Source: Setoptus koraiensis (lineage: Eukaryota > Animalia > Arthropoda). Taken from it: a DNA stretch of 64,000 bases. Below, one piece after another: positions 36,191 to 47,965 of the stretch. The notes under the pieces are model-generated. The model searched no databases. It was not told the DNA's origin and saw nothing but the letters and a program-made list of their open reading frames with translations. Every line of letters begins with the position of its first letter. Within the stretch, counting starts at the first letter, position 1. Made by a program: the position numbers and the translations under genes. The stretch is from contig CM106586.1 of NCBI GenBank assembly GCA_048013815.1, forward strand, positions 20,088,001 to 20,152,000, written 5' to 3'.

Positions 36191-37278
36191 TCAATCACAA
36201 AATTCTGGTGTGAATAGAACACCGAGGCTTTCACCAGTATGGTTTCGTCGAATGGCCTCTGCAAATAAGAGGGAGACGTCAACACACTTTACAGTGGAAC
36301 ATTCCTTCATGATTTCGTCCTGTGGGATGGTGTTAGTTACTAATAGGGCTACAAATGGACTTTTGTTTATGCGTTCAACTGCAGGTCCTGAAAATACACC
36401 ATGAGTTATAACGGCATAAACACTTTTTGCTCCCGCTTCCGCCAGTGTCTGGGCGGCATGAACAATGGTTCCACAAGTATCAGCCATGTCATCGACCAAT
36501 ATGGCCACCTTGTTTTCTACATTACCCATGAGTATCATCTTGGAGATCTCGCTAGCTTTGCTTCTTTCTTTATGCATGATCGCACATTGAACATTTAGTT
36601 TGACAGCAATTGATGTGGCTCGCTTGGCACCACCGGCATCGGGTGAAACCACTACGCATTGATCATAATCAGGTATGTTATCTTTAATCCATTTAAGTAA
36701 CATTGGCTCAGCGTATAAATTATCAACTGGTATATTGAAGAAACCTTGAACTTGATTTGAATGCAAGTCCATAGTGATAATGTGGTCAGCTCCTGATACA
36801 GATAACATGTTGGCTACAAATTTGCAACTAATTGGTGCTCCAGATTTGTCCTTTCGGTCTTGTCTAGCGTAAGGCAGAAGAGGGATGACCGCGGTGACCT
36901 TCTTGGCCGAAGAAAGTTTGCAAGCGTTTATCATCAAGCAAAGTTGCATGAGATTGACATCAATTGGTCCGCATCCTGAGCATTTTAATTCAGTGTGCGT
37001 ATGTTACATGACAGCAGATAGACAGATGAGGTAATCAAATCTTCATATTTGTATTTGCCTACAACGAAATGATAACAACTATTATATGATTGAGATAACT
37101 TACCCGATTGGATTATGTAGACATCCTGTCCCCTCACACTTTCTCCTATTTGAATATTCGTCTCTTGATTTGAAAATGTGTCTAGGGTGACTTTGCCTAA
37201 ACTAATGCCCAATCTATCAACAATCTTGTTGGCCAAATCTAAATTAGAATCTCCACTGAATACTTTGATGTTAGGCAT
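36191..37278 (-). CDS. PRPS: Ribose-phosphate pyrophosphokinase, 2 exons, 319 aa
   Basis: Exons 37278-37104 and 36975-36191 (128-nt intron). [27 protein letters not shown] and [11 protein letters not shown]. Confidence 0.95.
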
Positions 37279-39013
37279 CTTGGTCAATGTGTCAATGTGT
37301 GTGAAAACAAAGTCTTCAGGTCAAAATGAGGCGACCGATTCGTTGATGTTGTCAATGGCGAAGTAATGTGCGATTGTAACTAGAAACGATTGACTCTTTG
37401 CTAGTATGTGGTGAATATCTAGTCTAATATGTGTTTCTGAGCGGATGCCAGTACAGGTCTTGAAAATGAGGCTGACGATGTGGGATATATATGGTTGGTT
37501 TGTAACAGAAAATGTATGAAATGAGAAAGCTTGAATTAAGCTGTGTGGACGATGAATGTGTTACTTTGAATATGTTTTGAAGATATTAAACATATGACGA
37601 TAATGATCTTGTTGATGGTATTTCATAGTTTATATGGCAACTTGTGTATAACAATAACAAACAGTGTGACGAGAGCTGGGTTATAAACGCATAGTGATAC
37701 ATGTGCAACGCTTTGTAAAATGTGGGATTTGAAAAGTGTCCACCCCTTTATGCCGTACCCGAAACTACCTATATACTAACTATGCTTTTGTTTGTATATT
37801 TGATACAAGCGTGACAAACCGGCAGTCTGGTTGTTGATGATTATTATTATTTACAATGATAAGCTTTTATCGATTGCTATATCAATCGACGGCAGAACAA
37901 ACTGATGTATTAACTGTTGACAATGAATTTTATCTCCAACTTATCTTTCATGCTTCGAAATCAGTTGTTTGTCTCTCTTCCACACCAATGACTGTAATCC
38001 CTTGATCTAACGATAGTAAAAATTCCATATGTTGCTGCAGATTAATGTTGCTGTGAATCTACAATGTACAGTCTCTATGTTGTTGCCGAATGGAGCCTGT
38101 GTCGATGAATTTGATATGATGTTGATAACCATCTAATGTGACAAACTTTCTTGCCAGACGATACATGTTTTTCACAAACTATTGTGGCACTTTTATAGCC
38201 ATGTTTATGTCGATATTCACATTTCTTTCTGTCTGGTGATTTCTTTCCTAACTCATTATACTTAAACCGGCAACATTTAGTGATTGATGGCGTTCTACTG
38301 CACTATATGGGTCTGTTTGATTGGTTAAATATGGCCCACGATGAAACATGATTGATCACATTGCCAATCTAGCTAAACATTGACAAGTTCAACTTTTATC
38401 CTCTGTTTCTTGGCCCATCAGGCTAATAAGCCACACGAACACAAATTGCAGCGCTTGTGGTGATTGATTTCGTTGATTTGATGGATTTTATTCATATAGC
38501 GTGCCACAGAATGAAATTCAACAATTGATTGTTGGGATCGCTGATGGTTTGAGGGGTGAAATAGCGGAAATGATGTGGTGCAGAAACAGTTTCAGACAAA
38601 CTTGATTTCCACTTAAGTACCTGACTCCGCCATATTTTCGTTAGCTTGATCCTGACAAGGTTCAATGTGGGATATGATGAATAAACCATGATCTTCTTGT
38701 TACGACTAACCTCTGATACCTGATGTGAAGATTACTCTTGTCTGATCCCCCGGCTAAAAGGCTCTGCCATCGTAGCAAATAAAATCCGGTCCCCACCAGA
38801 GGCCTGCGATTACTCCGACTTCTGGCCTGTTCGAATAACGCGCGTCTGTCGGCTGCGTGCCTCGCTTACAGATGAAACACATGTCTGGTCTGCTAGCGCT
38901 AATAATGTTGTGGCTTAAACACTCCTCACCTCAATCTTGTATTCTTCACCATTCGGCAAACAATACCACCTAAACCTGGATAAATATCAACTTACCTGAT
39001 ACTGTCGTCACAA

Positions 39014-39451
39014 ATGGCCACCAATAGATTATTGTCAGTTGCTGAGGAGGAAGATGCGGCCACTTTGAAATTTCCGAAAGAGTTTGAGAATGCCGAAACT
39101 CTGACGATAAGCGAAGTACTGAAAATTTTGGAGCAACGCAAAGAGCAATATGAGAGAAAGAAGACAGAATCAAATGAATCAGAAAGCATGCACAGATTGA
39201 ACGATGTATTCCTCAAGACACTAGAACACTGTAACACCTTCGATAGATTTGGTGGAAACAAAGAAAGAATTGCCGCTGTGAGGCGAATCCTGCAGACCCA
39301 GCCGAAAAAATTGCACAAATTTGAGTTAGCCCAGCTGGCCAATTTGTGTCCCGAATCTGCCGAGGAAGCTAGAACGTTTATTCCTAGTTTGGAGAATAAT
39401 TTTCAAGACGACGAACTGACGGAAATATTAAAGTCCATGCTATCCACATAA
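39014..39451 (+). CDS. POLR2D: RNA polymerase II subunit RPB4, intronless, 145 aa
   Basis: [53 protein letters not shown]. Confidence 0.97.
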   Translation: MATNRLLSVAEEEDAATLKFPKEFENAETLTISEVLKILEQRKEQYERKKTESNESESMHRLNDVFLKTLEHCNTFDRFGGNKERIAAVRRILQTQPKKLHKFELAQLANLCPESAEEARTFIPSLENNFQDDELTEILKSMLST

Positions 39452-40412
39452 TAATTGTATAAATAAATACTACATTGCACATAATTACTCAGCTAAATAA
39501 AGCTCTGCTCCCTTGTTGGCCTCTACACTGTATCAACCTTATCAATGCGATCATTACGATCGCGAATTAGCTCGAAACAATCGTTATGGCCGGGTTTTAC
39601 CTATTCTAATGGCACGCTAAAGCAGGCACGCTAACAGAGGGTGGCACCATCCGGGCGATGTTATCGCCATTGGTGAGATACATTCACCTTTGTATGAAGA
39701 TCACAAAGCCTTACAAGCCGATCCCTGTTAGTGCCAATGATTGCTTATTTCTTGGCTCATGAAAGGCCAGTTGCTCAACAGCCATTTCAGAGCTGAGTCG
39801 AGCAAACTCAACTAACGACTTCGATGCAGGCGCTGACCATTGCCTGTTACTCGCTGACTGTTGTTCGTTTCAGAGAAAGAGAGAGTCTAGTTTCGTCTTT
39901 GTTTCACTTGGAAATTCCCAAGTGAGACAAACAATCTCGGTGAGACCGGACTAAGCAATAGATAAGATGAAACAACTACACTGTATGCAAGCCCGAATGC
40001 CAAACACAATCGGCAGCCCGGAGGTACATGAAAAGAAGTCGTGTGCTCGGCTTAAGAACTTGTAACGCTCTGACGGTCTTTCTTCTGGGTAATTCCTAAA
40101 CTACTTCTACTAGCTTACCAAGTATTTCTATTATGGCTCGGCACTTAGTTAACGTCACGATGGTTTTTTCTTCTTCCAATTCCGCTCTCCAGCGGATAAC
40201 TTTCACTTTTTCGAATGAGTATAAAATACGGATGGACACGAGAATGTTCACTCATTCATCGGACAGAGACACATAGTAAAACAACAATACAATACAATTT
40301 CTATTCGCAACAGCAATCTGATCGTTGTCAACCATTGAAATCCTTCAATTTAGGTAGTTGAAGCATCAAAGAAAATCTGCCCCACACATAGAAACATATA
40401 AAACAAGTCAAG

Positions 40413-43385
40413 ATGTCAGCTAATAGATGCAAATCAAAACACTCGCAAACTGTCCATTTGGCACTATCCACATTGGCGGTCATGCTAATGCTTGTTGCGT
40501 CATGTCACACGATCACCTCGAGCGAGTCCAATAATGAAGAATCTCCTCTAATAGAAACAAATAAAGACAGTTATGAAATTCTATCGCCACCAACTAATGA
40601 ACCGCCGTCGCAAGCTAACAATGTATCCGATGTCAAAAGAGACAGCGAAAGATCTAGTAGAGGTAGACCGAGTGACACGAGAGCTCGAGCAGGCAGAATG
40701 ATGGATTTAGACCTATTAGTTGGCGACATTGAAAATAGCCAAAAGAATAAGCTCGAGAGTGTAAGTGGTAATAGACAGTCGCGTATACTCAACGAGGACA
40801 TTGATATATCTGCGCTGACTGGCGATGAAGATACCTCAAAACAACGAAAAAAGAAGAGCAGCAGTAACAAGAAAATGTCCATACAAGGTTTCATTCCCAT
40901 CGTGACACTAAATAAGGATTCAGACAATCGCAACAACAACGATAAGAGAGATGACAACGAAGACGAAGAATCAAACTCCGAGTCACCCTCCGCGTCTGGC
41001 GCAAGTAACACCAGACAACAGCAACAAGATTATCTCAATCAATTGGCCCAATATCAATTGGAGCAAGCTGGCTACGGCCAACAAACTTCTACCGGACACG
41101 CATCGACCGGTATCCAACCTCTGTACAATCAGCCAATGGATCAAAATCAGCAGATAAAAGCGAAATCTTTGCTGAATGGACTCCAGTCTTCGTCGTCTAT
41201 AACAAGTAAAAAACTTTTAGGTCCATCATCGTTACTTGGTTCTCTAGTCGGATCACATTTGGCACAAGGGCGCCCACAGACGGCCCCCTCGATGGCCTCG
41301 GCTTCCTTTCTATCGCCTTTGAACAATATTTATCCGCAACAGCACCAAATAGAGCAGTCTGCCTTTGATAACGCTGAATTGGACTGCATTTGTGTGCCAT
41401 TTTACATGTGTCGAGCTGGCCAGCTGAGTGAATCAGTCATCGGCAAGTCACAGTTGCAAAAGTTAGTTGAGCAGCATCGCCAACAACGAAATGCCAATCA
41501 GCAACAACAACACCAACAGCAAGTTCAGCAACTGCAACCAGTATCAGGCAACATGATGACTGATTCGTCGGCTCCCACTACCCAGCAACAGGATATGCTC
41601 AATGAGGCCATTTACGAGCAGTTGAGACAGTCAATCGAGAGTGGCAAGTATGGACAGTTGTCCACCGAAAACAATAATAGCAATAACAACCAGTATCAGC
41701 AGGACGAGAGTGGCATGGTTGATGAACGAAGCAACAGCGATGTCACGAAACAAGCAAATCAAGAGAAGCCCTCAAATATAAGGCAGACAACAAATTCCAC
41801 AAAGGCCTCTAATGGTCAACAAATGGACAGAGGCGAAAGTCATGGCAGAAGTTTATGGAAAGGAATAGGCAAACGCGCTCAAAACAACGTTTGTGGCATG
41901 CTGAGAACTTGTTGCAAACTACCATCCCAGCCTTTCAATCCATTCATGGCCAGCATTCCTGTGGGCCAGCCTATAATGACCCCACCCTCCGGCCAGTATC
42001 AAGGCTACCTGCCTCATCTAGCCCAGCAAACCCATCAGGCCAAGATGGTTGCCGCACCATATGTTAACATCAACCACCAATCTCAGCTTCAGCAACAACC
42101 TCAAGTGGCAATTGGCCAGTATAGTCAAGCTTTGTCGCAACAACAACCAGCACCTTATCAGCCCCAGAAATCACTTCAGCCTGTTCAATATCTGACACCT
42201 GTCAATTCGAGGCCCACCACTAGCGCTTTCATTGGCGGACAATCTGCGCCACGTGAAGAGTATGCGCTCGCCCAGAGTGTATCATCGGCGGTGACAAGTT
42301 ATCCTCAGCAAATGATAAATCACAAACCCATAGGACAGTCCAACAATCAACACTCGCATCATCTAGGCAAACAGAGAATTCTTGAGGGACGTTGCGGTAT
42401 GCGACAATCTTCAGGTATTTCGGGTCGCGTTCAAAATCTGCAATACCACGATAATTCGGCAGAATTTGGTGAATTTCCATCTCAAGCGGCCATACTGAAA
42501 CGTTTGGGTCAAACAGAGAGCCTATATGCTTGCGCTGGCACCCTAATTAGTCATCAATGGTTGGCTACGGCTGCCCATTGTATCAGAAAGTTCAACAAGG
42601 ATGAGCTCAAGGTGCGCTTAGGCGATTGGGACGTACACAGAGACGACGAATTTTATCCTCATGTGGAGAAAAACGTCAAAGATATTGTCATACATTCAGA
42701 TTTTGTACCAGGAACATTACTAAACGACATAGCCTTAGTTCGTTTAGAGAGTCCGATAGACGCTCAATTGCCTCATATTAGTCCAGCATGTCTTCCTGCA
42801 TGGAATGAGACATTCACTGGCCAAAGATGCTGGGTTACGGGCTGGGGCAAGGACGCCTTTGGTCAAAGAGGCACATTTCAGAGTGTATTGAAGAAAGTTG
42901 ACCTGCCTGTCATAAGTCAGGCAGAGTGTGAACATTCTTTGCGCCAAACTAAACTAGGCCCATACTATAGATTGCATCAGGGTTTCATTTGCGCGGGCGG
43001 AGAGCGAGGCAAAGATGCCTGCGAGGGCGACGGAGGTTCCGGTTTGTATTGTATAAACCCAGTCACCGGTCTAATCAAGGCTGCCGGTCTCGTATCATGG
43101 GGCATAGGTTGTGGACAACAAAATGTACCAGGTGTTTATGTTAACATAGCCAGATATGTGTCATGGATTGAGGATATTATCTCTATCGACGAAGATTTAT
43201 ATAGTGGCAGTCCGATGTCTGCATACCATTTGAATAATTTAATAAGCGAAAGAAGCAACAATGCCACAACAGCAACAGCCACCGAAACTAACTCAACTGC
43301 CACAAACATTCAGCCACAATTAGACAATGTTGAGATGAGATCGAAAGAAGGAAACAACTCGACAGTGTCCGCTAACTCCTCTTGA
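40413..43385 (+). CDS. Secreted clip-domain serine protease homolog (masquerade/PPAF-II type), intronless, 990 aa
   Basis: Signal peptide; clip cysteines CICVPFYMC ... C.....CC; trypsin domain with TAAHC and NDIAL but catalytic Ser replaced by Gly (GDGGSGL), so predicted non-catalytic. Confidence 0.9.
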   Translation: MSANRCKSKHSQTVHLALSTLAVMLMLVASCHTITSSESNNEESPLIETNKDSYEILSPPTNEPPSQANNVSDVKRDSERSSRGRPSDTRARAGRMMDLDLLVGDIENSQKNKLESVSGNRQSRILNEDIDISALTGDEDTSKQRKKKSSSNKKMSIQGFIPIVTLNKDSDNRNNNDKRDDNEDEESNSESPSASGASNTRQQQQDYLNQLAQYQLEQAGYGQQTSTGHASTGIQPLYNQPMDQNQQIKAKSLLNGLQSSSSITSKKLLGPSSLLGSLVGSHLAQGRPQTAPSMASASFLSPLNNIYPQQHQIEQSAFDNAELDCICVPFYMCRAGQLSESVIGKSQLQKLVEQHRQQRNANQQQQHQQQVQQLQPVSGNMMTDSSAPTTQQQDMLNEAIYEQLRQSIESGKYGQLSTENNNSNNNQYQQDESGMVDERSNSDVTKQANQEKPSNIRQTTNSTKASNGQQMDRGESHGRSLWKGIGKRAQNNVCGMLRTCCKLPSQPFNPFMASIPVGQPIMTPPSGQYQGYLPHLAQQTHQAKMVAAPYVNINHQSQLQQQPQVAIGQYSQALSQQQPAPYQPQKSLQPVQYLTPVNSRPTTSAFIGGQSAPREEYALAQSVSSAVTSYPQQMINHKPIGQSNNQHSHHLGKQRILEGRCGMRQSSGISGRVQNLQYHDNSAEFGEFPSQAAILKRLGQTESLYACAGTLISHQWLATAAHCIRKFNKDELKVRLGDWDVHRDDEFYPHVEKNVKDIVIHSDFVPGTLLNDIALVRLESPIDAQLPHISPACLPAWNETFTGQRCWVTGWGKDAFGQRGTFQSVLKKVDLPVISQAECEHSLRQTKLGPYYRLHQGFICAGGERGKDACEGDGGSGLYCINPVTGLIKAAGLVSWGIGCGQQNVPGVYVNIARYVSWIEDIISIDEDLYSGSPMSAYHLNNLISERSNNATTATATETNSTATNIQPQLDNVEMRSKEGNNSTVSANSS

Positions 43386-44305
43386 GTTATGCTTGAGAAT
43401 TATGTTTATAATTATGTATCAAAGCTTTTAACCAGCCAAATACAATTCCACACTGATATATTTAAAGCATTACACAAAGAAGTAGTCACAAAGATTGTCA
43501 TGTATAGAGATTTAATTCACAATAGTCGAGATACTGTAAATATGTTGTGCACAAGTATGTAAATAAATGTTTGAACATTGATTACCTGAACGAAGCTCGT
43601 CGGGGTCTCTATTTCTTTTGTTTCCAACCATAATCAACTCATAAGTGCACACTACCCCCTCGAGTTGTCACAAGCTTCGGAAATAAATTACAGGTTTGCA
43701 ACACTGATTGATTTGCTGCATATCACAACACACCATCTCTTATTATATACACATGAGGGAATCGTTTGCATAATACCATATTTGGGATAATTTAATCATA
43801 CTCGCACGCTAGATTTCCGGTCCGAGATTTTTCGTAGTTAGTCCGTTCAGCCAACTACACGCACATCCTCTCGACTATATGCGATCTCAGCTAGTGGCTT
43901 ACACTGCCACCCAAGGCAGATTAACTAGTGTCTAGATGACTTTTTCAACAAGACTTTTTTGTATTTGCCTTGCAGTGGTTCGATGATGAAATGACAATCA
44001 AGACAAAAGGGATACAAGTTCTTCGAAAAGACAAGTTTGTCTAATGGACATTTCGGTCGAATGAATGAATATCTCTCTCGACAAAAATATGCATCCGACA
44101 GACTTGTCTATTCGACAAAAATGCAGTCTCCGAGATGAGAGATTTCGAAAATGGGCGTGGGTGCGCTCGGACGCGGTTGCCCGGGCAAATGAGCACAGTC
44201 TGTTTACATCCAGAAACCACATGGAGTTGCGTTTGTTATTATGATTTTATCACAGTTGACCATGTGGCGACAAAGTTTTATTGGTACAAATGATTCTCAC
44301 CTAAT

Positions 44306-45458
44306 ATGGCTCAATTATTTAAAACTAGAATATTCTCGGGTATTCAACCTACAGGAGTACCTCACATTGGAAATTATTTTGGGGCCATCAAACAATGGGT
44401 AGATTTATCAATGATGTCTTGCCAATCCGATGGAACTGAATCAATGGAGAAACCAATATTTTGCGTCGTTGACTTACATGCCCTCACCAACTGTGACAAG
44501 TCTAATTCGTTACTCGAAAACATCTACTCTACCGTGGCATCACTTCTAGCCTGTCAAATTAATTTGAATAACTCCATTCTATTCAAACAATCATCTGTTC
44601 TGGAGCACACCTACCTCTCATGGATTCTCGGTTCTAATCTACCAACTAGTAGGCTGAACAATTTGTCACATTTCAGAGTAAGTAGCAGCTGGCTTGATCT
44701 CTTTCGTCGAGCTCAATTAGACATGATTGCCTATGTATCATCAACTCTTCTATCCTTTTTATTACTGTCTCTATAATAAAATCACAAAGGAAAAAGCTGA
44801 AAAATATGCAAAACAGAGTGTTCCTCTGGGCTTATTTAGTTACCCAACTTTGCAAGCTGCTGATATACTCTTATACAAGGCCAACAGAGTACCCGTTGGA
44901 GCTGACCAAAGTCAGCATATTGAACTAACTAGATATATTGCAAGAAAATTCAATGTCACCTACGGGTGTGAACTTTTTCCGGAGCCAGAGGCCATGTACG
45001 GCAAGTCTGACTTCAGCCACAGAGTGAAGAGTTTGCGTGACCCCACGAAAAAAATGAGCAAATCTGATCCTGATAAAAAGTCTAGGATAGAAATCACAGA
45101 CGAGCCAGATGTTATACTAGAGAAATGCAGGAAGGCCATAACGGATATGATATCGGACGTCTACTATGATCCAGTCAAGAGGCCTGGTGTTTCAAATTTA
45201 TTAGTTATTTACAGTCTTATCACTAATGATCCTATAGAGGTTATAGTTGAACGACACAGAAAAATCAATACAAGTGAGTTCAAGGTGATACTTGCTGACC
45301 TCATTGTGGACCACTTCAAATCTGTTAGAGAGAAATATAAACAATATAGCGTAGAGAAAGGGTATCTAGACAAGGTGATGTTTGAGAATAGTCAATCAGC
45401 GCAACACATCGCAAGTAAAACAATTTCGGAAGTTAATAGGTGCCTCGGCATACCTTGA
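44306..45458 (+). CDS. WARS2: Mitochondrial-type tryptophanyl-tRNA synthetase, 2 exons, ~346 aa
   Basis: Exons 44306-44677 and 44790-45458 (112-nt intron, GTAAGT donor, AAG acceptor). RIFSGIQPTG.PHIGNY, YPTLQAADIL, VPVGADQ.QH and KMSKS. Confidence 0.92.
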
Positions 45459-45716
45459 GAATTGATTGAAATTATTAAATTTGTCTAAGATTTATTATCT
45501 CTTTGTAGCTTGACAATGGTTAACTAAACTGATTGCAAATGTTATCATTCGAATCGACAGACCTGAGTTTGGATGTGATTTGATAAATAATGACGATAGT
45601 GAATGTACGTTGCAATAGTTGTTTGTATGCAGCAGTCCCTATCGTGATCTGTGGACTGAGAGATTTGTATTTGCTTGATAAATTCAGGATACATATAAAA
45701 CTAACTGTAAATTGTG

Positions 45717-46562
45717 TCAATCATTCCTATGGTTCTCCCTCGTTTTACTCATGATCAATTTGTAAATAGTAGTCCTTGACACTTGTCCATTAAGTATCTT
45801 GTTGATATGATCACAAAATTCTGTGTCCGTCTTATCTTCGCACATGATAAGACTGTAGGCACGATAAGGCGAACGAAGAAAGTAATTACAATAGGCAAGT
45901 ATAAATATACCACAGTCGTAACCGTTTTTTTGTTTAGGGATAGTGGGCCAAATTTCAGCAAGTGAATAATGGTCGAACTTTTTCACAGGCTGACTATCAT
46001 CAGCCAGCAATCTGTATCTCCATTCGTGATACAAGAAATCCCTGATAGGCTTAGTGAAGTTCTTAACTTCTTGGGTCCTCAATGAATCTAGGACAATAAT
46101 ACCTGGCGTTTTTTTGGTGGTGGCTATTTCATCCTCTAGCTCGTTGTTCACGACTTCAACATGTTGCACGTCATTTGGGTAACAAACGATCACTAAAAAC
46201 CAATGGTTATTTTCGCAGACTGGAAAAACTAGAAAATCCTTTTCAAAAACGTTGCTACTCTGGAACCATTTTCTGATTTTAGAATAATCGTCATCATTCT
46301 GCTTCTGAATGTCCTTCGAGAAGAAGCTCTTGATTTTGAAGAAGAAAAAGCTATCAAATAAAAGAACCTTCTCAAATACATCCTTTCCTATTAGCTCGTG
46401 CTGTACGTAGCGTAAATAGAATGAGACCACATTGTCATTGAGAAAATTTTGTCCTTGCAAACAAAGAATATCACCTTTTCTAATTTGTACAGAATCGTGG
46501 GACTTTTTATTGCCCACCGGCTGTGGGTAAGTGAAAAGAACCACACTCAGCTTGTCGCTCAT
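45717..46562 (-). CDS. SENP6/7-like SUMO protease, catalytic domain (281 aa from first ATG)
   Basis: LFTYPQP, FLNDNVVSFYL, FDSFFF, FEKDFLVFPV..NNHWFL, IIVLDSL and KQKNGYDCGIF give the C48 peptidase His/Asp/Cys triad. Confidence 0.85.
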   Translation of the reverse strand: MSDKLSVVLFTYPQPVGNKKSHDSVQIRKGDILCLQGQNFLNDNVVSFYLRYVQHELIGKDVFEKVLLFDSFFFFKIKSFFSKDIQKQNDDDYSKIRKWFQSSNVFEKDFLVFPVCENNHWFLVIVCYPNDVQHVEVVNNELEDEIATTKKTPGIIVLDSLRTQEVKNFTKPIRDFLYHEWRYRLLADDSQPVKKFDHYSLAEIWPTIPKQKNGYDCGIFILAYCNYFLRSPYRAYSLIMCEDKTDTEFCDHINKILNGQVSRTTIYKLIMSKTRENHRND

Positions 46563-47534
46563 CTGATTTGCCGGTGAAATTTCATGGAATAATATAAAAC
46601 TAACTGTAGGCTGAAATTTTGGTTGATAAGGTAACTTGAGCACATGTAATATAGAGATGACTAATAAAATGTGATCCGGATATTTTTTTCATTATCAATA
46701 GAGTGATTGCACTAAAGGGTTGTGTAATTCGATATTATCTAACATATTATCTATTTCTTTGAGAGCGCCTTGCCCAAACGACAACACATGATTACACATT
46801 GCTTGGTGTGTGCGGTTCGCGAGATGGCGCCGTTGGCTACTTTCTTGTAACGGCCAATGTCGTTTAGCCCTACAAACCAATGATGAGCTAGCTGCCGTGA
46901 AGCATATTCTCACGTGAGTGTTTTTTATAAATTCAGCGCTACATTCAAAAACAATAACAAACCAAGTTCACACGTGGTCGCCATTGCAATTGGTAGACCA
47001 GTTGACAACCGACATGTAAATCTTGTGAGTTATTGATAAATTCTAGCTAAATCTAGCAGGTCGGGCAAAATGCAAAAATGTCACATGTATCTGATATACA
47101 ATTTTGGAAATCCGAGATTCAGCTCACAAGGGATCGAGCTTCGCTGATGAGCTGTCATGTGCTTGTTTGCGTGTGCTGAAAGGTTACGTCAGATTACTTC
47201 GAGGCTGCTTTGTCGCAACGAAACGTGTTACGCAATTAAAGTAAAGTTGTCACAAAAACTCACATTTTTTGTATTCTCTAACTCTACTAAAATGTTTAAT
47301 AGATGGCGCGAATCTATCCACGCTAACAGCAATAACAAAACTCGTCTGTAGCTACGCGACAGCACTCACGTAATTGTTTATAATCTCTGCACTTGTTGTT
47401 GTTGGTCATTATCATAATAGTCATCATTATCGTTGTCACATGGTCATTGCAGGACGGTGACAATTATTAATTATCATCAACACTTAAATCACTCATTATA
47501 CAGATCGGCAATAATATCGGCCTACAGTAATACA

Positions 47535-47965
47535 ATGCTATCTAGGTTCAGAAAAAGCAGACTGTGGGCCAAGATGAAGCAAGGGGCCAATTCTAACAAA
47601 GATCTTGTATTGGCTATTGCGCTGGCCTCAAGCGCAACAATAAACTTTCTTAATGAGATTGGATTTGTTGGCGAAATCGTCGGCACGTCAATGCAACCCA
47701 CCTTCAACAAACATCTGCCAGACATATGGATCTATCAAACACCTCCGCCGGCCAGCGAAATTGAGAGAACGAACGAAAGCTCAAACTTTCTATCAAGCCT
47801 GAAGAAAACTTTCGCCATGTCATCGTGGTTGCCAGAAAGCTTGCAGCATTTGATGGGCAATGAAAGTAAACGTAACATTCAATTTAGACACGATCGGGTA
47901 TTGTTCAACAGGTGGTCAGTGAAGGATAAGTCCAAGATAAACATCGGAGATGTCGTTATACTAAT
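47535..47965 (+). CDS. IMMP2L: Mitochondrial inner membrane peptidase IMMP2L-like, first coding exon only; downstream exon(s) not found in window
   Basis: TM segment, GTSMQPT (catalytic Ser), DRVLFNRWSV...IGDVVIL (compare IMMP2L DVVLLNHWKV...RGDIVSL), then a phase-2 GTAAGT donor at 47966. The catalytic Lys (IKRV) exon is absent nearby. Confidence 0.8.
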
